A stretch of DNA of 30,162 nt. It comes from a virus. Taxonomy: Duplodnaviria > Caudoviricetes. The stretch lies in IMG/VR virus record IMGVR_UViG_3300043036_000135, positions 1 to 30,162 of that record; one strand, 5' to 3'. The notes under the pieces were generated by a model that was not told where the DNA came from, did not search any database, and worked only from the letters and a program-made list of their open reading frames with translations. Positions 25,801 through 30,162 of the stretch are shown in pieces; the stretch's first letter is position 1, and every line of letters starts with the position of its first letter. Position numbers and translations under genes: made by a program.

Positions 25801-26016
25801 TTATTCATCCCGCTGTGCAATATCCAAAAGGTAAGTGTCCACAAGCCCCCTGCAATTGTCATGCAATATTGCAGCCTTTAATGCGCTGTCGGTGGGAATT
25901 TCGCTGGCAAGCTGGGCGCAAGTGTCGTCACTAATGCGCTCAAATAATGCATATGGGTTCGTTCCGTTTGCAGCCTGTTCGAAAAGTGCTGATTTATATG
26001 TTTCAACTTCGGTCAT
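25801..26016 (-). CDS. Hypothetical acidic protein (71 aa)
   Basis: AGGAGA RBS; MTEVETYKSALFEQ...; stop abuts the XRE start. Confidence 0.75.
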   Translation of the reverse strand: MTEVETYKSALFEQAANGTNPYALFERISDDTCAQLASEIPTDSALKAAILHDNCRGLVDTYLLDIAQRDE

Positions 26017-26062
26017 TTTACTATCTCCTGCTAAGGCGGTCACGATTGACCTGATACACGTT

Positions 26063-26091
26063 TGATAGCGGAACATTGTGCCGCATGTCAA
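26063..26091 (-). promoter_or_regulatory. Sigma70-type promoter with palindromic operator in the spacer
   Basis: TTGACA-17 bp-CTATCA; GCGGAACA-T-TGTGCCGC (7/8 inverted repeat) at 26068-26084. Confidence 0.75.
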
Positions 26092-26100
26092 TAACTATTT

Positions 26101-27123
26101 TCATGCACTCAACCGCTCCACAATCGAATGGACAACCCGCGCTTCATCGACATAGCGCAGCCGTATTTCGGCAACTGTGCTTTCGGACCATCCCACGATT
26201 TTAGCTATCTCCTGATCTGTTAAGCCCTTCACGCAAAGCCAAGTTACATAAGTGCCGCGCAAGTCGTGAATATGCACGTCAATGCCAGCTTTGTTTTTGG
26301 CCTTCTGGTAAACCCCGCCCAGCCCGCTTGCCGTCCATTTGCGGCCATAGCTGTTGCGAAGTATTGGGCCTTCCCGATGGGGCAGGGCGTCCCGAAATGC
26401 GCGCAGCTCGGAAAAGATAGGGACGGTCGCGGCCTTCTTGCGCTTGGCCGTGGTGAATTTGATAACCTTGTCGTGAACGTGGCTCCATTCGATATTGACC
26501 AAATCGCCAAGCCGAAAGCCGGTCATGCTGGCAAAGCGCAGCGCGGTCATTAGTTGCGTGCTGGCATAAGGCTCAATGGCCTCCCAATGGTGCGGCTCCC
26601 ATATTATTTCGGAGCGGTCTGTCTTATGCAGCCCCTTAATATCTAGCGCGATATTGCTCGTTAACTGCCCGCGTTGTTTCCCCCATTCCAGCAAGATTGA
26701 GAACATGCCAGCCAGCTTGTCGGCTGTCCGGGGCTGTCCCTGCCATTCATCGCGCCAATCCATTATATTGCCGCGCATTTTCCAGTCGTTAAATATCTCA
26801 AGCGGTGCATCGCCAAACTTATCAGCGATCCGGTCCAGATTGCGGCGATAATCGCGCAACGTGCTTTCCGCACAGCCTGTATATTGAGGGCTGGCTTTGT
26901 AATCGGCTATCAGGCGGGCAAGGGTGTTTTCTGGTGCGGCTCTTGCCTCTTTGCGGGCCTCTGCTGCGTCATCAAGCATCTTCTTGCTGATAGTGGGCTT
27001 TGCACCATCGCTTGAATGAACGCACGGGCCACCCCGCCAAGCGTAAACATACCAGCGAACGCCAGTTGTCAGGCGCTTGCTAGTTACGTGCAGACCGTGA
27101 TTCACGCGAAGCCCATTTCTCAT
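26101..27123 (-). CDS. int: Tyrosine integrase
   Basis: TGFRLGD (R), K, HDLR, GW, RY catalytic set; N-terminal YVYAWRGGP arm-binding region. Confidence 0.96.
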   Translation of the reverse strand: MRNGLRVNHGLHVTSKRLTTGVRWYVYAWRGGPCVHSSDGAKPTISKKMLDDAAEARKEARAAPENTLARLIADYKASPQYTGCAESTLRDYRRNLDRIADKFGDAPLEIFNDWKMRGNIMDWRDEWQGQPRTADKLAGMFSILLEWGKQRGQLTSNIALDIKGLHKTDRSEIIWEPHHWEAIEPYASTQLMTALRFASMTGFRLGDLVNIEWSHVHDKVIKFTTAKRKKAATVPIFSELRAFRDALPHREGPILRNSYGRKWTASGLGGVYQKAKNKAGIDVHIHDLRGTYVTWLCVKGLTDQEIAKIVGWSESTVAEIRLRYVDEARVVHSIVERLSA

Positions 27124-27271
27124 AAGCCGACATTCCAGATTGCGATTGCGGGGGGTGTATAGTTACCCCATCGGCGCGAATGTCAACTGAACCGATCTCA
27201 ACGCCAGCTTTACGCGCTGCCGCAAGCACTCGCTTAATTTCAGGCGATGGCGGAAACTTCACAGCGGCCAT
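27080..27271 (-). CDS. Putative excisionase
   Basis: 63 aa overlapping the int start; EIKRVL.AARKAGV....V.I..DG.TI pattern. Confidence 0.6.
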   Translation of the reverse strand: MAAVKFPPSPEIKRVLAAARKAGVEIGSVDIRADGVTIHPPQSQSGMSAYEKWASRESRSARN

Positions 27272-27290
27272 TCGCGTATAACAGCGCGCC

Positions 27291-27488
27291 TCATGGGGCC
27301 TCCGGTAGCGGTTGCCAGTTGGTAAAACGCGTTGTTACCGCGCACCCATCAATTGCAGAGTGCCAATCCCTTGCAACATATTGGAACGCTTCTGGATAGT
27401 CTTTGTAACCGCCGTTTCCATCGCTTGTGCAGAGCATGATGAAACGCCCATCCTTGGGAGCCGTTTCGATAGGTTGCCACCCGCTCAC
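27291..27488 (-). CDS. DUF551-like protein
   Basis: WQPIETAPKDG...TNWQPLPEAP. Confidence 0.9.
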   Translation of the reverse strand: MSGWQPIETAPKDGRFIMLCTSDGNGGYKDYPEAFQYVARDWHSAIDGCAVTTRFTNWQPLPEAP

Positions 27489-27649
27489 CGTCCAAACACC
27501 CGCGCAAGAAGGCCGCGTTCCTGCACCATTTTGGCAGGCTTAGGCGCATAGTGAGCCTTAAACGTGCCGTCTGGATATACCCATCCACGGCTAGTCAGGA
27601 TTGCCGCTTGCGGGTTAGGCTCGGCGCGTTCTACTCTTAGCGTTCTCAT
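27485..27649 (-). CDS. Hypothetical protein (54 aa; not in ORF track)
   Basis: MRTLRVERAEP...RGLLARVFGR; GTGA overlap with the DUF551 gene. Confidence 0.6.
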   Translation of the reverse strand: MRTLRVERAEPNPQAAILTSRGWVYPDGTFKAHYAPKPAKMVQERGLLARVFGR

Positions 27650-27695
27650 AAATATTCCGGCGCGTTTATTGGACTGACCGCCGTCTCCGTTGGAA

Positions 27696-28127
27696 TTACT
27701 GTTGCTGTTCGCCCTCTGCCCGAAGCGTTAACGGGTCTACACCCGTCCACTTGCTCCAGACGTCTAGGCTGCGGTTTAAATACTCAATGCGATCCGCCTC
27801 GTTCATTTTGGCGTTTGATGTTGACCAACGCTTTTTAAGGCGTTCGCCGCTTGGCAGGATAATCTCATCAAACATCTTGAACTTATCGCGCATAATGTCG
27901 TGCAGATCGTCCTCGTCTAGCGTTAGGCTGTGCAGGTCGTTTAGGATGGGCGCTACAATGCCCGCCAGAACCCACCACAAGCTGCGTCTGCGCTGATTGG
28001 CCTTACCGCCTGTGATTGTTACCCGCACCCGTCCTGTAATGCTCTGCATGGCTTGTTCGGCAACCTTGTTGGCAGGGAATAGTCCGCCTAGCCTGGTGTC
28101 GAAGTATAGCGGCGCTTTGTCGCTCAT
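27696..28127 (-). CDS. NinB/YbcN-like recombination accessory protein
   Basis: N..R..LWW.L...A, DDLHD.M...F, STSNAKM......YL pattern. Confidence 0.65.
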   Translation of the reverse strand: MSDKAPLYFDTRLGGLFPANKVAEQAMQSITGRVRVTITGGKANQRRRSLWWVLAGIVAPILNDLHSLTLDEDDLHDIMRDKFKMFDEIILPSGERLKKRWSTSNAKMNEADRIEYLNRSLDVWSKWTGVDPLTLRAEGEQQQ

Positions 28128-28447
28128 TTCGCAAGACCTTCATTTACGCTAATAGTCCAAAGCCAGTCAGCTTCCCGTGCCAAGTCAATGCCATGCACTT
28201 CGAGAAACTTCGCATTACTGCCAAGCAAATGGATGCTGTCATTGCCCATGTTATGATGAAGGCTGCACAGCGGCGTTACAAAGCGGTCATCCCGTGCCTC
28301 CAGCCCATGCCCGCGCTCTCGCACATGATGCACAACAGCAGGGCCGTGGCAGACTAGGCAGGGCATACCAGCAACCCTAGCGATGTGCTTTGGCTGCTTG
28401 GCTAGGCGGGGCTTTATCCTGCTGAACGGGCGTAGCTTTTCAAGCAT
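28124..28447 (-). CDS. Zn-binding HNH-like nuclease (DUF968/Ref-like)
   Basis: PCLVC, VHHVR..G.G, DD....PLC..HH, IH.LG...F. Confidence 0.8.
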   Translation of the reverse strand: MLEKLRPFSRIKPRLAKQPKHIARVAGMPCLVCHGPAVVHHVRERGHGLEARDDRFVTPLCSLHHNMGNDSIHLLGSNAKFLEVHGIDLAREADWLWTISVNEGLAK

Positions 28448-28448
28448 C

Positions 28449-28820
28449 TCAAAACGGGACCGAATCTGAATCTACATCATCCCAACTGTCTCCCATTGGG
28501 TGAGTGTCTGCGGCCTGTTGACGCGGCGCATCATTGCGCTGCCATTCGACTTCATTCACGCGAATTTCATACTGCGCCTTGCCGTCATACTCGCCAATGG
28601 TCAGTTCGCCTTGAACGGTAACTTTCGTTCCCTTGGTGAGGTATTGCGCGATTGATACGCCACGCTTGCCCCATACTGTGCAGCGGAACCAGTTGGTGCT
28701 TTTCTTCTCGCCATAGCCTTGGCTGGAACCGACACTGAACGATAAGATGTTATCGCCGCCTTGTGTGCTTTTAAGTTCTGCATCGCGGCCCAAGCCGCCT
28801 GTGATTGTAATTGATTGCAT
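28449..28820 (-). CDS. ssb: Single-stranded DNA-binding protein
   Basis: G.LGRDAEL, TNWFRC.VWGKR, YL.KG.KV.V.G; acidic tail DSDSVPF. Confidence 0.96.
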   Translation of the reverse strand: MQSITITGGLGRDAELKSTQGGDNILSFSVGSSQGYGEKKSTNWFRCTVWGKRGVSIAQYLTKGTKVTVQGELTIGEYDGKAQYEIRVNEVEWQRNDAPRQQAADTHPMGDSWDDVDSDSVPF

Positions 28821-29422
28821 TATGCGTTTTCCTTCACTGCGTTGTCGATGTTGCGTTGATCTATGGTAGCGTTGAGGCGCTTGATGATTTTCTCGCCTTG
28901 GGCCTCTGTGAGCGCGTCAATGTTATTTGCGTTGTAGCTTTCCAAAATGGTCATGATGTTGACGTCTGCGGCCTTGGCTAAGTCGGTGATGATACCGCGC
29001 TGCGTCTGGTCAATCATGGGGAGCGGGTCTGCCTTGGGAGCCGATACAGCAGCGTTGCCGTCGTCATCCTCTGGACATACGCCAAAGGCCGTTAGGAGTG
29101 AGTAGCGTCGGGCATAGGTAAGGGCAGAGCCGTAACCTTGTGCATCCTGCTTACCCGCTGGAACGAATAGCTTACCGAAGCTGAATTGCTGGCCAGTGTT
29201 ATGGCAGAGGATTGTTTCAACACAGACGCCACCTGATTGCTCATGGTTCACCTGTGCAAACCAAAGGCCATTAGCAACAAGCGCGGGCTTGATTGCGTTT
29301 ACTACTGCGCCAAGGTCTGCATACTTCGTTTTGAAGTGCGGGTTGTTGGCGTCCTTTGTCGCGACTTCAATGGCTGCAAATGCCTTGGCCATTGCTGCGA
29401 ATAGTTCTTTATTCTCGGTCAT
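28820..29422 (-). CDS. erf: ERF-family ssDNA annealing protein
   Basis: KDANNPHFKTKYADL; QGYGSALTYARRYSL...G...EDDDG. Confidence 0.95.
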   Translation of the reverse strand: MTENKELFAAMAKAFAAIEVATKDANNPHFKTKYADLGAVVNAIKPALVANGLWFAQVNHEQSGGVCVETILCHNTGQQFSFGKLFVPAGKQDAQGYGSALTYARRYSLLTAFGVCPEDDDGNAAVSAPKADPLPMIDQTQRGIITDLAKAADVNIMTILESYNANNIDALTEAQGEKIIKRLNATIDQRNIDNAVKENA

Positions 29423-29423
29423 A

Positions 29424-30098
29424 TCAATACCCCACGGCTTCAAAACGGCGGTAAATGGAACGGACGGTTTCGACATCGCTGCGGCAATAATCGGCAATCT
29501 TGGAGTGTTCGCCGTTAGCCCAAGCCTCTGCGACCATGCTGCCGTCAAAGTCACCCTTGCCAGCCAGCCCAAAAGCCTTTGCCAGATTGTCCTGACTAAT
29601 AGAGCCTTTCGCTCCTGCCCATGCTGTCATGGTGTCGAATATGTTATCGGACCAAGGCTTAATGTCTCGCGGCAACACAATCTTTGTAGGCAGTTTAACG
29701 CCAAGCACGATAGCGCGATTGAGTACGAAGCGCAGATCAAAGCCGCTTATGTAGTGGCCAATCCAGCGGGGCATTTGAACGCCGCAATCTTGCTGAATAT
29801 CCTCGAAAAACGCAGCCAGATAATCGGCTTCTGTTTCGATAGTTTCGTTCGATATGTTGCGGACAACCCCAAAGTCACCAACCGCCCAAGCTATACAAGC
29901 AATATGCCCATAGGCAGGGTCAAAACTTGTCTTGGCAACAATCTCATCGGTCGCCGCGTCTGCGTTGTTCGCATACCATTCAACGATGCTTTCAGGCTTC
30001 TTGAATTGCGCTGGTGGCTTGATGCCTTCACGCACTCGCGCCCGATATTCTGGCGACTGGCAGGGGATTGTTTCAATATCTAGGAACACGTTAATCAT
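29424..30098 (-). CDS. DEDDy 3'-5' exonuclease (PolB-exo-like)
   Basis: FLDIET, GHYISGFD, FDTM, YCRSDV motifs. Confidence 0.9.
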   Translation of the reverse strand: MINVFLDIETIPCQSPEYRARVREGIKPPAQFKKPESIVEWYANNADAATDEIVAKTSFDPAYGHIACIAWAVGDFGVVRNISNETIETEADYLAAFFEDIQQDCGVQMPRWIGHYISGFDLRFVLNRAIVLGVKLPTKIVLPRDIKPWSDNIFDTMTAWAGAKGSISQDNLAKAFGLAGKGDFDGSMVAEAWANGEHSKIADYCRSDVETVRSIYRRFEAVGY

Positions 30099-30162
30099 TT
30101 GTCTCGTCCTCTTGGCTGTCTTTCCATTCGTGATATTCGGGGTCGGTTGCCCACCATTCATC

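Noticed and set aside
29196-30083. 295-aa + strand ORF
   Set aside because: Antisense shadow of the exonuclease and ERF genes; no motifs recognised
54-30098. Stop-codon reassignment
   Set aside because: All core genes read intact in the standard code, and TAA, TAG and TGA are all used as stops

Overview
About 30 kb of a temperate HK97-type siphovirus genome. The host is most likely an alphaproteobacterium, possibly a sphingomonad (inferred from gene content and promoter style). The + strand carries the late region: terminases, portal, an unusual 6-gene cassette, prohead protease, capsid, head-tail genes, tail genes (with a G_GGA_AAC -1 frameshift), a beta-helix tail spike and a mosaic lysis region. 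The - strand carries early genes: exonuclease, ERF, SSB, Nin-like genes, xis/int and a chain of small ORFs. An intact attP (3' half of tRNA-Phe, four GGTTTACA arm repeats, an IHF-consensus site) is flanked by phage genes on both sides, so this is the non-integrated form. Most notable: (1) a 3.6-kb structural-looking cassette between a C-terminally extended portal and the protease; (2) an RBS-bearing ORF that runs through attP and is coupled to genes at both ends, so integration would cut the operon; (3) an endolysin-like stub whose frame stays open across a free-standing HNH gene and ends just inside a replacement amidase gene. All calls come from reading motifs and synteny; no searches were run.
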